Below are positions 9,089-19,452 of a DNA stretch of 64,000 bases, one piece after another. The notes beneath the pieces are model-generated. The model did not search any database. It had not been told where the DNA came from and worked only from the letters and a program-made list of their open reading frames with translations. The position numbers and the translations under genes were made by a program. This DNA is from Cyclobacteriaceae bacterium. GTDB taxonomy: Bacteria > Bacteroidota > Bacteroidia > Cytophagales > Cyclobacteriaceae. The stretch covers positions 15,360 through 79,359 of the forward strand of contig JBAQPU010000052.1 of assembly GCA_049306095.1 (NCBI GenBank), in the 5' to 3' direction. Each line of letters starts with the position of its first letter. Within the stretch, counting starts at the first letter, position 1.

Positions 9089-9837
9089 TTAAGTTGGTTG
9101 AACAACACATCTACTTGTGTATAGTAGAGGGTGGTTGGTCCTTCAAACCCTGAATCTGTTCCGATCACCAGCCAGATTTCGCCTGAGCTGTCGGTGGTGA
9201 TTAAAAATCCATTGCTTGAATTATTGTTTCGTGTAATTACGGTAAAAGCACTTGTATTGGGCGCAACCCCCACGTTACCGATGTTGATCATGTCGGCTCC
9301 TTCTTCACTTTGATTCCCTTTGTCGATGTTCATTCGGTACATCCCCGCCTGCAACATTTTTTTTGGTTCAGTAACCGAGGCCCCCGCTTTTACAAAAACG
9401 CTTTCACCGGGCGCTCCTCCAATTCCAACAGCACCGGTTGGCGCATTGGACGCAACCTTGACATTGAACAGCAACACGTATGAAGTGTTTGCCTTCAGCC
9501 CTGTAATTTTCTTTTTCACAAACATGAACAGGTCATCGCTGCCGTTGTTACCCGAAATATGAAGCGCCTTCAGCGTAGCGTTGTTATTCAAATTGGTTGG
9601 CAGGGTGTCGTGCTTATAAAAAAGTTCATAGGCTATAGAATCACCTTCCGGATAGTCGGCAAAATCACCTGTCCACCCTTCATCAGAATCTTTAAACAAA
9701 TACGATATTGAAAACACGGATATTTCCTGTTCGGGAAATGAACAGGCACCTATGAAAATCATCAACCCGATTACAAAAATCGCCTTCACCTTGCACATCA
9801 TACCCTTAAAATTAATCATAATCTGGTCGTTAGACAC
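9085..9837 (-). CDS. Lipoprotein of unknown function
   Basis: 250-aa ORF. The likely real start is at the internal 'MMCKVKAIFVIGLMIFIGAC' lipobox signal (around 9801). I recognised no family. Confidence 0.55.
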   Translation of the reverse strand: MSNDQIMINFKGMMCKVKAIFVIGLMIFIGACSFPEQEISVFSISYLFKDSDEGWTGDFADYPEGDSIAYELFYKHDTLPTNLNNNATLKALHISGNNGSDDLFMFVKKKITGLKANTSYVLLFNVKVASNAPTGAVGIGGAPGESVFVKAGASVTEPKKMLQAGMYRMNIDKGNQSEEGADMINIGNVGVAPNTSAFTVITRNNNSSNGFLITTDSSGEIWLVIGTDSGFEGPTTLYYTQVDVLFNQLN

Positions 9838-9892
9838 AAAACGGTTGCTAACGGTTGTATTAACTGCCTGGCATTTTGTGTATCTTCACCTC

Positions 9893-10408
9893 ATGAACAA
9901 GTTCGTTCTTTTCCTGATTGGAATTTTTGCTGTTGCCTGTACCGAAATCTCTTATAAAGAACCACAACCAAGGGGAATTCAGGCTTTGACAAAAATTCCT
10001 TCCAGCCTTCATGGCGTGTATCTGATGGACAATGATACTGTTACTTTCTTTGAAAATGGTTTGCGTGGTAAGGAAAACGGTAAAGAAGAGGTTCTTACGC
10101 TAAGCGATAGCATTGTTCTTAAAAAATACAAGAAACACTATTTTATTAGCTACCGCGATGGAAATGTCTGGCTCCTGCGCATTCTCAGAAAGGATAAAAA
10201 CGGTGATCTGTATTTCATGGAGATGGATCATGTGCCCGATGATGAGGCCCAACGAAAGATCTTTCTTGATAAACTTTCAGCTGAAATACCGGTGATCAGA
10301 AGTGACCCCCATTATATCATTGACCCTTCTCCAAAAGAACTTTACAGGTTAATTAAAAAGGGGTATTTCAAAGATGATGGAGTTCCCGGACTGAAAAGGA
10401 TCCGGTAG
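9893..10408 (+). CDS. Lipoprotein of unknown function
   Basis: I trimmed ORF 9752..10408 to ATG 9893, which gives the lipoprotein signal MNKFVLFLIGIFAVAC. This also removes the overlap with the divergent gene. Confidence 0.55.
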   Translation: MNKFVLFLIGIFAVACTEISYKEPQPRGIQALTKIPSSLHGVYLMDNDTVTFFENGLRGKENGKEEVLTLSDSIVLKKYKKHYFISYRDGNVWLLRILRKDKNGDLYFMEMDHVPDDEAQRKIFLDKLSAEIPVIRSDPHYIIDPSPKELYRLIKKGYFKDDGVPGLKRIR

Positions 10409-10409
10409 G

Positions 10410-10880
10410 TTACTTGCCCATTCCAAGAATCAACTGCTTCTTCGACATCCAAATATTCCACGTACCCTTTACAATAATTGAACTGTCGGGGTTTGTTACA
10501 ACAACCGGTTTGGTATACAGCATAGAATCAGCACCCGTATCCTGAACATTGTCTTGCAATGGAACCCCTTCTATCACGCTGTTGATGTAGGCATCGATTA
10601 ATTGCTGTTCTATTGCTATTGCGTTTCCCTCACCCGGTTCAAGCCAATGAATTTTAACGCCTGACGTTTTCGCAACCTGATCGGCCAAAGAAGGTGAGCT
10701 CAACTCACCGATCACCGATCTTCCCTTTGCAAAAGCGGCCTCCATAATTTCTGCTTCCGTTACTTTTACGATGGATTGCAACTCCCGGCCCTTCTGCATT
10801 TTCCTGCGCTGCTCTTCGGTCAATGACCCTCCGCACGCCAACAGCACGAAGCAAAGAAAAATGAGAAAAAATCTGATCAT
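10410..10880 (-). CDS. Lipoprotein of unknown function
   Basis: 156 aa with a lipobox signal, MIRFFLIFLCFVLLACGG. Confidence 0.55.
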   Translation of the reverse strand: MIRFFLIFLCFVLLACGGSLTEEQRRKMQKGRELQSIVKVTEAEIMEAAFAKGRSVIGELSSPSLADQVAKTSGVKIHWLEPGEGNAIAIEQQLIDAYINSVIEGVPLQDNVQDTGADSMLYTKPVVVTNPDSSIIVKGTWNIWMSKKQLILGMGK

Positions 10881-10942
10881 GGCGTAAAGCTACATTCAAT
10901 CCGGGTAAACCTAAAATCCTTTAATCCTGTTCAAATCCTGAT

Positions 10943-10950
10943 TAACTTTG
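10943..10950 (+). promoter_or_regulatory. Candidate -7 promoter box (TAACTTTG) for prfA
   Basis: Matches TAnnTTTG and lies 16 nt upstream of ATG 10967. Confidence 0.4.
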
Positions 10951-10966
10951 CCGCTCGTTTACCGAT

Positions 10967-12040
10967 ATGATTGAAAAACTCGAAGAAATAAAGCACCGGT
11001 TTGAAGAAGTGGGGTTGCTGCTGGTACAGCCTGAAATCATTCAGGATATTAAAAAGTACATGCAGCTCAATAAGGAATATAAAGACCTGGAAAAGGTTGT
11101 AGTTAAGTACAATCAATTCTGCGATGCCTTAAACCACCAGCAGCAGGCAAAAGAAGTACTGGAGAAAGAAAAAGATGCCGACTTGCGGGCCATGGCAAAG
11201 GAAGAACTGGACGAGCTGGCTCCTAAAATTGAATCCTTTGAAAAGGAGTTAAAGGAAATGTTGATTCCGAAAGATCCCAACGATGATAAAAACATCATTC
11301 TTGAAATCAGGGGAGGAACCGGTGGAGATGAAGCTGCTCTTTTTGCTGGCGACTTATTCAGAATGTACCAGCGTTTTTGCGACAGGCGTGGCTTGAAGCT
11401 TACTGTATTGGATTCGTCCGATGGCACCGCAGGAGGATACAAAGAAATCGTGAGCAGTGTGGTGGGCGAAGGCGCTTATGCGCTCTTTAAATTTGAATCG
11501 GGTGTTCACCGCGTTCAGCGTGTTCCAGACACCGAGCAGCAAGGGCGTGTACACACCTCGGCTGCCTCTGTGGCCGTGTTGCCCGAAGTAGAAGACGTGA
11601 GTATTGAAATCAATCCTGCCGACATTGAAGTGCAAACATCCCGCTCGGGCGGTGCCGGTGGCCAAAATGTAAACAAGGTTGAAACAAAAGTACAGCTCAC
11701 CCATAAACCAACCGGCATTGTAATCACCTGCCAGGTTGAACGCTCGCAACATGGCAACCGCGAGCGGGCCATGAAAATGCTGAAAGCCAAACTTTACGAT
11801 ATGGAGGTTGAGAAACAGCAATCAGAGTTGAGTTCAGCCCGGAAATCACAAGTGCGCAGTGGCGACCGCTCTGAAAAAATCAGAACGTATAACTATCCAC
11901 AAAGCCGTGTAACTGATCACCGCATTGGGTACACACAACACAATTTGCCGGCTATCATGAATGGCGAAATTGATGACTTTATTGAGCAGTTGCGCATTGC
12001 CGACAGTGCCGAAAAAATGGCCGAAGGCGCAGCCCTTTAA
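10967..12040 (+). CDS. prfA: Peptide chain release factor 1
   Basis: 357 aa with the GGQ motif '[12 protein letters not shown]' and the RF1-type PxT context '[14 protein letters not shown]'. Confidence 0.95.
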   Translation: MIEKLEEIKHRFEEVGLLLVQPEIIQDIKKYMQLNKEYKDLEKVVVKYNQFCDALNHQQQAKEVLEKEKDADLRAMAKEELDELAPKIESFEKELKEMLIPKDPNDDKNIILEIRGGTGGDEAALFAGDLFRMYQRFCDRRGLKLTVLDSSDGTAGGYKEIVSSVVGEGAYALFKFESGVHRVQRVPDTEQQGRVHTSAASVAVLPEVEDVSIEINPADIEVQTSRSGGAGGQNVNKVETKVQLTHKPTGIVITCQVERSQHGNRERAMKMLKAKLYDMEVEKQQSELSSARKSQVRSGDRSEKIRTYNYPQSRVTDHRIGYTQHNLPAIMNGEIDDFIEQLRIADSAEKMAEGAAL

Positions 12041-12086
12041 CCGATCAAATCTTTTTTATTACTTTTATTCAAGAACAAATTAAAAT

Positions 12087-12677
12087 ATGAGAAAAGGACT
12101 AATCACAATTGGGGTAATACTGGTTATAGTATTTATCCTATACAGTTTTTTTGCAGGCCGTTATAATAAAATGGTTGAATTGCAGGAAGCTATTCCAAAG
12201 GCCTGGGCCGATGTGGAAGCACAGTACCAGCGCAGGGCTGATCTGATTCCTAACCTGGTAAACACCGTTAAGGGTTATGCAAATTTCGAACAGGAAACCC
12301 TGACAAAAGTTATTGAAGCCCGCGCCAGCGCTACCCAGGTAAAGATTGATCCCAGCAATTTGACACCCGAAGCCCTCGCACAATTTCAACAAGCTCAAAA
12401 CGGTGTGAGTTCAGCCTTAGGCCGGTTGCTTGTTGCGGTTGAAGCATACCCCGATTTAAAAGCCAACCAGAATTTCCTTGATCTTCAGGCTCAACTGGAA
12501 GGAACAGAAAACAGAATTACCGTGGCCAGAAATCGCTATAATGAAGTCGTTCAGCCATACAACGTTTACATCAAGCGTTTTCCATCGAACATGATTGCTA
12601 ACATGTTTGGCTTTACAGCAAAAGGATATTTTGAGGCTGCGGAAGGGTCAGAAAAAGCTCCGGAAGTTAAGTTCTAA
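12087..12677 (+). CDS. lemA: LemA-family membrane protein
   Basis: 196 aa with a single N-terminal TM helix and the LemA core 'YQRRADLIPNLVNTVKGYANFEQETL'. Confidence 0.9.
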   Translation: MRKGLITIGVILVIVFILYSFFAGRYNKMVELQEAIPKAWADVEAQYQRRADLIPNLVNTVKGYANFEQETLTKVIEARASATQVKIDPSNLTPEALAQFQQAQNGVSSALGRLLVAVEAYPDLKANQNFLDLQAQLEGTENRITVARNRYNEVVQPYNVYIKRFPSNMIANMFGFTAKGYFEAAEGSEKAPEVKF

Positions 12678-12701
12678 ACAGCTACGTTTCATCAAACAAA
12701 A

Positions 12702-12736
12702 ATGTCTTGACGATTTCGTCAGGACATTTTTATTTT
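12702..12736 (+). terminator. Intrinsic terminator of prfA-lemA
   Basis: 11-bp stem ATGTCTTGACG-attt-CGTCAGGACAT (one G-U pair) followed by TTTTTATTTT. Confidence 0.85.
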
Positions 12737-12758
12737 CTGAGTATCCGCAAAGAGTCCC

Positions 12759-12920
12759 TATTCCTTGGTCTGTGTCCCACAGACCAATTTTTTTCCAATT
12801 TATCCTTTCGGCCTGTATTCCTTGGTCTGTGTCCCCACAGACCAATTTTTTTCAATTTATCCTTTCGGTCTGTGAGACACGTGAGACACAGACCGAGGTG
12901 TGGGTCCCACAGACCAATGG
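12759..12920. repeat. REP-like array: a 57-bp tandem duplication plus two further copies of a GGTCTGTG/CACAGACC hairpin
   Basis: Units 12759-12815 and 12816-12872 differ by about two indels and one substitution. Each holds the hairpin TTGGTCTGTG-tcc(c)-CACAGACCAA. A third hairpin, CGGTCTGTG-(agacacgtgaga)-CACAGACCG, lies at 12866-12895. A degenerate fourth copy lies at 12897-12918. Confidence 0.85.
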
Positions 12921-12930
12921 TCCCTCTTCT

Positions 12931-12963
12931 AAAAACAAAAGCCCCCGATAAAACCGGAGGCTT
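12931..12963 (-). terminator. Intrinsic terminator of infB
   Basis: The minus strand reads AAGCCTCCG-gttttat-CGGGGGCTT followed by TTGTTTTT, about 20 nt after the infB stop. Confidence 0.7.
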
Positions 12964-12983
12964 TCATATTAAGGATTTGAAAA

Positions 12984-15623
12984 TTATAACGTTCTCTTCA
13001 CTTCACGGGTTTCGTATGCTTCAATCACATCACCTACGTTAATGTCGTTAAAACCTTTGATGCTGATACCACAATCGAAGCCTGAGCGCACTTCAGCCAC
13101 ATCGTCTTTGAAACGTTTCAGTGCCCCCATCTCACCACTATACACCACAATACCATCGCGAATCAAACGGATCGGATTGCTGCGCTTCAGGTACCCATCG
13201 GTTACCATACAGCCGGCCACGGTTCCCACTTTCGTGATCTTGAATACTTCGCGTACCTCTGCATTACCAACAATTACTTCCTGTGTTTCAGGGGCAAGCA
13301 TACCTTCCATGGCGGCTTTTACTTCGTTGATGGCATCGTAAATAATGGAATACAACCGGATTTCAATTTCTTCATTGTCAGCAATACGTTTTGCGGCATT
13401 GGAAGGTCGAACCTGGAAGCCAACAATAATCGCATCCGATGCAGATGCCAACAACACGTCTGACTCTGAAATCTGACCCACCCCTTTGTGGATAATGGCC
13501 ACCTGAACTTCCGGTGTTGAAAGTTTCAATAACGAATCCGACAACGCTTCTACTGAACCGTCCACATCGCCTTTCACAATAACATTCAGTTGCTTGAAGT
13601 TACCAATCGCCAACCGCCTTCCGATTTCATCAAGGGTAATGTGTTTCTTGGTGCGAATGCTTTGCTCACGTAAAATCTGTCCGCGTTTGGCAGCCAGTTC
13701 TCTGGCTTCGCGATCAGACTCCATAACAGAAACCTTTTCTCCTGCCTGCGGAGCACCGTCTAATCCAAGCATTTGAACAGGCGTAGAAGGCCCAACCTCC
13801 GTTATGCGTTTCCCTGTATCATCAAACATGGCTTTAACGCGTCCATAATTGGCGCCCGCCAACACAATATCACCGATCCGCAGCGTACCCGCTTGTACCA
13901 TCATGGTGGCCACGTAGCCGCGGCCTTTATCCAATTGTGCTTCAATCACAGAGCCAATAGCCGGCTTGTCAGGATTGGCTTTCAGGTTAAGTATTTCAGC
14001 TTCTAACAAAACTTTTTCAAGGAGGTCATCAATCCCCTTTCCGGTTTTGGCTGAAATCTCCTGCGACTGATATTTACCTCCCCACTCTTCAACAAGGATA
14101 TTTATTTTAGAAAGCGAGTCACGAACTTTTTCAGGATTCGCTCCGGGCTTATCTATTTTGTTAATCGCAATAATGATGGGAACACCTGCCACCTGAGCGT
14201 GATTGATCGCTTCTTTTGTTTGGGGCATTACATCGTCATCAGCCGCCACTACAATTATGGCAATGTCTGTCAGCTTTGCTCCACGGGCACGCATCGCGGT
14301 AAACGCTTCGTGACCGGGCGTATCGAGAAACGCAATTTTATTTCCGCTTTGTGTTGTTACTGAATACGCACCAATGTGCTGGGTAATGCCACCGGCTTCG
14401 GATGCCTGAACTTTTGTTTTCCGGATGTAATCCAGTAACGAAGTTTTACCGTGGTCAACGTGACCCATGATGGTTACAATAGGTGCGCGGGGTAACAGGT
14501 CTTCTTCCGCATCTTTCTCCTCCTCAATCTCCAGGTCTTCTTCCGTAGAAATGAACTGCACCTCATACCCAAACTCATCGGCAATTACCGTAATGGCTTC
14601 TGCATCCAACCGTTGGTTGATCGACACGAACATCCCTAAACTCAAGCAAGTTGAGATCACATCGTTTACCGATACATCCATGAGCGATGCCAGGTCGTTG
14701 GCCGAAATAAATTCTGTCAGTTTCAGGACTTTTGAATCCTGTTGCTCCTGAAGCATTTTTTCGTCTTCTGCGTCTGAAACAGCCTGACGTTTTTCTCTTC
14801 TGTATTTTGATCCGGAACCTTTCTTATGCCCTCCGCTCAGTTTAGCAAGGGTGGCTTTAATTTGCTCCTGAATTTCTTTTTCAGTAGGCTCAACTTTTTG
14901 CGTACGCGGAGCATGTTGTGGCCTTCCTTTTCCTGCCTGTCGCTGGTCTCCGCTTCTTCCGTCACCCTGCGAAGGAATTCTTTTTCTTGGTCGCTTCTTG
15001 CGGGCATCATCTTTTAAGTCAGATGACGCAACCGGCTGATCTTTCTTCTTCTCTACCGGTAAGTCAATCTTATCGACAACTTTCAGGCCTTGCAATTTTC
15101 CGGCCTTCGCCTTTATTAACTCAGCGTCCGGTTGCTTTTCGACTACAGGCTTTTCTTCCTGAACCGGCTTGGGCTCTTCTTTTACCTCTTCTTCTTTTTT
15201 CTTGCCTTTGCCTTTCTTGTCAAGGTCTATTTTACCAACAACTTTTATCCCCTCCAACACAGGACGATCACGCTCAACCTTTTCAGGTTTTTCTGGCGCA
15301 GCTTCCTCTTTCTTCGTTACCAGATTTTTGATGAGTACGCTTTCTTCTTCATCCGTCTGGTGTTTCTTTGTCTCTTTCTCTGTTTCAATGGTGATGTTAT
15401 CGGTATGCTTTGCCCCGATGGTCAGCCCGGAAGCTTCCAGTTTTTCGGTAGCAGAAGATGCGTACTCTTTTGAAAGCAGGGCGAACTGCTCAGGTGTAAG
15501 CTTGGCATTGGGGTTGTTTTCAACCTCATGCCCCTTCTTCGCTAAAAACTCAAACACGGTGTGCAATCCAACGTTGAGTTTTCGCGCTGCCTGGCTTGCC
15601 CTTATCGATTTTTCTTCTGCCAT
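12984..15623 (-). CDS. infB: Translation initiation factor IF-2
   Basis: G-domain motifs '[12 protein letters not shown]', 'DTPGHEAF' and 'NKIDK', plus a K/E-rich N-terminal region. I chose the start at ATG 15623 (MAEEKSIR...); the ORF track extends two codons further to a TTG. Confidence 0.95.
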   Translation of the reverse strand: MAEEKSIRASQAARKLNVGLHTVFEFLAKKGHEVENNPNAKLTPEQFALLSKEYASSATEKLEASGLTIGAKHTDNITIETEKETKKHQTDEEESVLIKNLVTKKEEAAPEKPEKVERDRPVLEGIKVVGKIDLDKKGKGKKKEEEVKEEPKPVQEEKPVVEKQPDAELIKAKAGKLQGLKVVDKIDLPVEKKKDQPVASSDLKDDARKKRPRKRIPSQGDGRSGDQRQAGKGRPQHAPRTQKVEPTEKEIQEQIKATLAKLSGGHKKGSGSKYRREKRQAVSDAEDEKMLQEQQDSKVLKLTEFISANDLASLMDVSVNDVISTCLSLGMFVSINQRLDAEAITVIADEFGYEVQFISTEEDLEIEEEKDAEEDLLPRAPIVTIMGHVDHGKTSLLDYIRKTKVQASEAGGITQHIGAYSVTTQSGNKIAFLDTPGHEAFTAMRARGAKLTDIAIIVVAADDDVMPQTKEAINHAQVAGVPIIIAINKIDKPGANPEKVRDSLSKINILVEEWGGKYQSQEISAKTGKGIDDLLEKVLLEAEILNLKANPDKPAIGSVIEAQLDKGRGYVATMMVQAGTLRIGDIVLAGANYGRVKAMFDDTGKRITEVGPSTPVQMLGLDGAPQAGEKVSVMESDREARELAAKRGQILREQSIRTKKHITLDEIGRRLAIGNFKQLNVIVKGDVDGSVEALSDSLLKLSTPEVQVAIIHKGVGQISESDVLLASASDAIIVGFQVRPSNAAKRIADNEEIEIRLYSIIYDAINEVKAAMEGMLAPETQEVIVGNAEVREVFKITKVGTVAGCMVTDGYLKRSNPIRLIRDGIVVYSGEMGALKRFKDDVAEVRSGFDCGISIKGFNDINVGDVIEAYETREVKRTL

Positions 15624-15673
15624 CCCCAAAGATTGTTCTTTTTTAAAGACTTTTAAAGTATTCCCTGTTATGC

Positions 15674-16918
15674 CTATCCTTCAAACTCCTTCTTGAGAAC
15701 GTTGTGAACGCTTTCAACAGTTTCTTCTTCCAGGTCTGTTCTGCGCACAAGTTCCTCTTTATTTAATGCCAACACACTCTTGGCTGTGTCCAGCCCAATG
15801 CGTTTCAGTTCATCAATAACCCAGCTTTCAATTTCATCGGCAAATTCATCCAGGTCAACATCTTCTTCCTGAACTCCGTCCAGTTCACGGAATACATCAA
15901 TCTCATATCCGGCCAACCGGCTGGCGAGTTTAATATTGAGACCTCCTTTACCAATGGCCAGTGAAACCTGGTCGGGCTTCAGGTACACCATGATGCGGTT
16001 GTTCTCTTTGTCAACCTTGATGCTCGAAATTTTAGCAGGGCTTAAGGCGCGCTGCACAAACAATTCAAGGTTTTCGGTAAAGTTGATTACATCAATGTTC
16101 TCATTTTGCAATTCGCGCACAATGGCATGAATGCGTGAGCCTTTCATACCCACACAGGCGCCTACAGGATCGATTCGGTCATCGTAAGACTCCACCGCAA
16201 CTTTTGCTCTTTCGCCCGGTTCCCGGACCGCCTTCTTTATTGTGATCAGCCCATCGTAAACTTCCGGAACTTCCTGTTCGAATAAACGCTCCAGAAAAAC
16301 AGGAGACGTTCTGGAAAGAATAATTTTCGGATTTCCGTTAACCATTTCCACTTTGTGGACAATGGCGCGAACGGTTTCGCCCTTTCTGTAACGGTCTTTA
16401 GGAATTTGCTCTCCGCGAGGAATTGAAATTTCGTTTCCTTCGGCATCAATCAATAAAACTTCCTTACCTAAAACCTGGTACACTTCTCCGTTGATGATTT
16501 CTCCCACCAGGTCTTTATATTTCTGGTAAATGATGTCCTTCTCCAGGTCTTTTACCTTCTGCATCAGGGTTTGTCGCGCAGTGGTTACTGCTCTGCGGCC
16601 AAAATCTTCCAGGTAGATTTGCTCCGCTACCTCTTCACCCACTTCAAAATCGGGTTCAATTTTTTGCGCTTCCGTTAACGCAATTTTATCATGATCCCAA
16701 ATATCTTCTGAGTCATCGTCAACGATTTCGCGGAAACGCCAGATTTCAAGGTCACCCTTGTCGGCATTCACGATGATATCGAAGTTGTCGTCAGTTTCGT
16801 ACTTCTTGCGGATCATGTTCCGGAATACATCTTCCAGAATTCTGATCATCGTAGGCCGGTCGATGTTTTTTTGTTTCGCAAAATCTGCAAACGACTCAAT
16901 GAGTGTACTCGCGTCCAT
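15674..16918 (-). CDS. nusA: Transcription termination/antitermination factor NusA
   Basis: 414 aa with NusA N-terminal, S1 and KH-like regions ('[11 protein letters not shown]', '[13 protein letters not shown]'). It sits between rimP and infB. Confidence 0.95.
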   Translation of the reverse strand: MDASTLIESFADFAKQKNIDRPTMIRILEDVFRNMIRKKYETDDNFDIIVNADKGDLEIWRFREIVDDDSEDIWDHDKIALTEAQKIEPDFEVGEEVAEQIYLEDFGRRAVTTARQTLMQKVKDLEKDIIYQKYKDLVGEIINGEVYQVLGKEVLLIDAEGNEISIPRGEQIPKDRYRKGETVRAIVHKVEMVNGNPKIILSRTSPVFLERLFEQEVPEVYDGLITIKKAVREPGERAKVAVESYDDRIDPVGACVGMKGSRIHAIVRELQNENIDVINFTENLELFVQRALSPAKISSIKVDKENNRIMVYLKPDQVSLAIGKGGLNIKLASRLAGYEIDVFRELDGVQEEDVDLDEFADEIESWVIDELKRIGLDTAKSVLALNKEELVRRTDLEEETVESVHNVLKKEFEG

Positions 16919-16926
16919 TTCAGTTA

Positions 16927-17391
16927 TTATTTAAATGATACCAACACAAATGTTTTTTCTATCTCGTCAAATAAAATTTCAATCGCTCTTTCTTCCTTCT
17001 TCTTTCCGCTGCCTGTTTGTTCAAGAACTTCAATCGTATTCTCCTGAACTGCCGATAGCTTCCCCTCTATTGTTTTGTTTTTCGTTTTCACTTTAACCTT
17101 CCGGCCTACGTTTTTCAAATATTGCCGTTTAGTCTTCAGTGGCTGATCCAATCCGGGGGTAGATACCTCCAGCATAAAGGCTCCATCAATCAGGTTGGTA
17201 TCATCTAACTGACCTGACAATAACCGGCTGACTTCCGCACAATCATCGATGGTGATGCCCTGATCGCCATCAAGAACCACCAGCACCTTTTTAGGATTGT
17301 TGCGAAGAGAAACCACTACGTCCACCACAAAATGACTGTTGCTTTTTAACAGCGATTCGGTCGTTTTTTTGATTTCCTCTATCAATTCCAT
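16927..17391 (-). CDS. rimP: Ribosome maturation factor RimP
   Basis: 154 aa. 'LEVSTPGLDQPL' is typical of RimP, and it occupies the conserved position upstream of nusA. Confidence 0.9.
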   Translation of the reverse strand: MELIEEIKKTTESLLKSNSHFVVDVVVSLRNNPKKVLVVLDGDQGITIDDCAEVSRLLSGQLDDTNLIDGAFMLEVSTPGLDQPLKTKRQYLKNVGRKVKVKTKNKTIEGKLSAVQENTIEVLEQTGSGKKKEERAIEILFDEIEKTFVLVSFK

Positions 17392-17411
17392 AAAAAAATG
17401 CAGATAAACAA

Positions 17412-17434
17412 AGAGGGGACTTCGTGTCCCCTCT
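17412..17434 (-). terminator. Terminator-like hairpin in the rimP-nusA-infB leader; also the rfbA 3' end
   Basis: AGAGGGGAC-(5 nt)-GTCCCCTCT. On the minus strand it is followed by TTGTTTATCTGCATTTTTTT and then the rimP ATG. It lies downstream of the predicted rimP promoter. Confidence 0.5.
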
Positions 17435-17458
17435 ACTGAATAACTCGTATAAGTGATG

Positions 17459-17490
17459 CAAAGGTAGGCTATTTTTTAGATTCGCACAAA
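17459..17490 (-). promoter_or_regulatory. Candidate promoter of rimP-nusA-infB (TTTG-N20-TACCTTTG)
   Basis: The minus strand reads TTTG tgcgaatctaaaaaatagcc TACCTTTG. This matches the Bacteroidetes -33 TTTG / -7 TAnnTTTG consensus. The box lies 67 nt upstream of the ATG. Confidence 0.55.
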
Positions 17491-17529
17491 CTGCGATTTT
17501 CTAATTGCCGTAAAACGATGCAATCAGGA

Positions 17530-18393
17530 TTAATACTTCGGGAGGTTTCGCAGGTATTGACCGTACCCACTTTTTTCTAAAGGCTTGGCCAACGCCATCA
17601 ATTGTTGCTGGTTGATAAAACCCATTCGATAGGCGATCTCTTCGATACAGCCGATTTTAAGTCCCTGCCGTTGCTCAATTACCTGAACAAAATTGGAAGC
17701 CTGAAGCAACGAATCAAACGTGCCGGTATCCAGCCAGGCCGTTCCCCTGCTCATAGTGGCTACTTTTAACTTTCCCTTTTTCAGATAAACGTTATTGACA
17801 TCGGTAATTTCAAGTTCTCCCCGCGGACTTGGCTTTAAAGATCCTGCAATGGAGACTACCTCGTTATCGTAAAAGTATAATCCGGGAACGGCATAATTCG
17901 ATTTTGGTTGTTTCGGCTTTTCCTCAATGGAAATTGCTTTCATTTCGGCATTGAATTCTACTACGCCATATCGTTCCGGATCATTCACGTGATACGCAAA
18001 CACAATTCCTCCGGTTGGTTCAGCGCAGGATTGGAGCAATTTCATTAATCCTGATCCATAAAAAATATTATCCCCCAGCACCAACGCCACACTGTCGTTC
18101 CCGATAAAATCCTTGCCTATAATAAATGCCTGGGCAAGCCCCTCTGGTTTGGGCTGTTCTGCATACGCAAATGAGCATCCCAGTTGTTTACCATCGCCTA
18201 ACAATTTTCTAAAAAGCGGCAGGTCGTGAGGGGTAGAGATGATCAGAATTTCACGGATGCCGGCCATCATTAGTACCGACAACGGATAATAAATCATGGG
18301 CTTATCGTAGAGCGGCATCAGTTGCTTACTTATGGCCAGCGTAAGCGGATGAAGCCGTGTTCCGGAGCCTCCTGCTAAAATTATTCCCTTCAT
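17530..18393 (-). CDS. rfbA: Glucose-1-phosphate thymidylyltransferase
   Basis: 287 aa, beginning '[18 protein letters not shown]'. It overlaps the rfbB stop by 4 nt. Confidence 0.95.
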   Translation of the reverse strand: MKGIILAGGSGTRLHPLTLAISKQLMPLYDKPMIYYPLSVLMMAGIREILIISTPHDLPLFRKLLGDGKQLGCSFAYAEQPKPEGLAQAFIIGKDFIGNDSVALVLGDNIFYGSGLMKLLQSCAEPTGGIVFAYHVNDPERYGVVEFNAEMKAISIEEKPKQPKSNYAVPGLYFYDNEVVSIAGSLKPSPRGELEITDVNNVYLKKGKLKVATMSRGTAWLDTGTFDSLLQASNFVQVIEQRQGLKIGCIEEIAYRMGFINQQQLMALAKPLEKSGYGQYLRNLPKY

Positions 18394-19442
18394 CGGTTGT
18401 GGTACATTTTAGTATAGTATTGAAGATAGGCCCCTGAAGTTACGTTTTTAAGCCAACTTTCATTGGTCAGGTACCAATCAACCGTTTTAACTATTCCTTC
18501 TTCGAAAGGAACCTCGGGTCTCCATCCGGTTTCACTGATCACCTTAGCGGGGTCGATGGCATACCGAAGGTCGTGACCCGGCCTGTCTTTCACAAACGTA
18601 ATCAACGATGCCGATGAACCCTCTGGGCGTTGCAACTTCTCATCGAGAATGCGGCATAACAATTTTACGATATCAATATTTTTCCATTCATTGTTTCCGC
18701 CAATGTTATAGATCTCACCGCTCTTCCCCTTGTGAAAAATTGCATCAATAGCACGGGCATGGTCTTCTACAAATAACCAATCGCGTACATTCTCACCCTT
18801 TCCGTAAACAGGGAGAGGTTTCTGTTGCATGATATTATTGATCATCAGCGGAATTAATTTTTCCGGAAAGTGATAGGGGCCATAATTGTTAGAGCACCGG
18901 CTGATCATGGCAGGCAATCCATAACTGTTGTTAAATGCCAGAACAAAATGGTCGCTGCTGGCCTTTGATGCCGAATAAGGTGAACGCGGATCAAGTGATG
19001 TTTCTTCCGTGAAGTATCCAGAAGCAATGGAACCATAAACCTCATCGGTAGAGATGTGATAAAAAAGTTTATCAGAATAATCATCGTGCCACACCGACTG
19101 GGCAGCTTTTAATAAGCGAATGGTACCAATGATGTTAGTTAGGGCAAATTCATCGGGGTTATGAATGGAACGGTCGACATGCGATTCGGCTGCCAGGTGA
19201 ATAACCTGGTTGATGTTAAATTTTTTAAATGTTTCAAATAAAAACTGCGAGTCGAGAATATCACCCTTTACAAACGCGTAATTTGACTTTTTTTCAATGT
19301 CTTTCAGATTTTCGAGGTTCCCCGCATAGGTCAGGTTATCATAATTAACAATGCGGTACGCAGGATACTTGTTAACGAACAGGCGCACCACATGCGAGCC
19401 GATGAAGCCCGCCCCCCCGGTAATTAAAAGGCTTTTAGTCAT
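18390..19442 (-). CDS. rfbB: dTDP-glucose 4,6-dehydratase
   Basis: 350 aa with the 'GGAGFIGSH' Rossmann motif and the 'YSASKA' catalytic YxxxK. Confidence 0.95.
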   Translation of the reverse strand: MTKSLLITGGAGFIGSHVVRLFVNKYPAYRIVNYDNLTYAGNLENLKDIEKKSNYAFVKGDILDSQFLFETFKKFNINQVIHLAAESHVDRSIHNPDEFALTNIIGTIRLLKAAQSVWHDDYSDKLFYHISTDEVYGSIASGYFTEETSLDPRSPYSASKASSDHFVLAFNNSYGLPAMISRCSNNYGPYHFPEKLIPLMINNIMQQKPLPVYGKGENVRDWLFVEDHARAIDAIFHKGKSGEIYNIGGNNEWKNIDIVKLLCRILDEKLQRPEGSSASLITFVKDRPGHDLRYAIDPAKVISETGWRPEVPFEEGIVKTVDWYLTNESWLKNVTSGAYLQYYTKMYHNR

Positions 19443-19452
19443 TCGTTAGTTT

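Noticed and set aside
12759-12920. CRISPR-like array
   Set aside because: There are only two full tandem units, directly abutting with no unique spacers, and no cas genes in the window. It fits a REP-like or tandem duplication better.
12595-13042. ORFs of 111-118 aa spanning the lemA-infB intergenic repeats
   Set aside because: They read straight through two terminators and the hairpin repeats, and their repetitive peptide sequence only reflects the DNA repeat. There is no independent coding support.
14467-15696. Long antisense ORFs inside infB (up to 175 aa on the plus strand)
   Set aside because: They mirror the K/E-rich, low-complexity N-terminal region of IF-2. They encode S/F/L-rich nonsense-like sequences, have no start context, and fully overlap a highly conserved gene.
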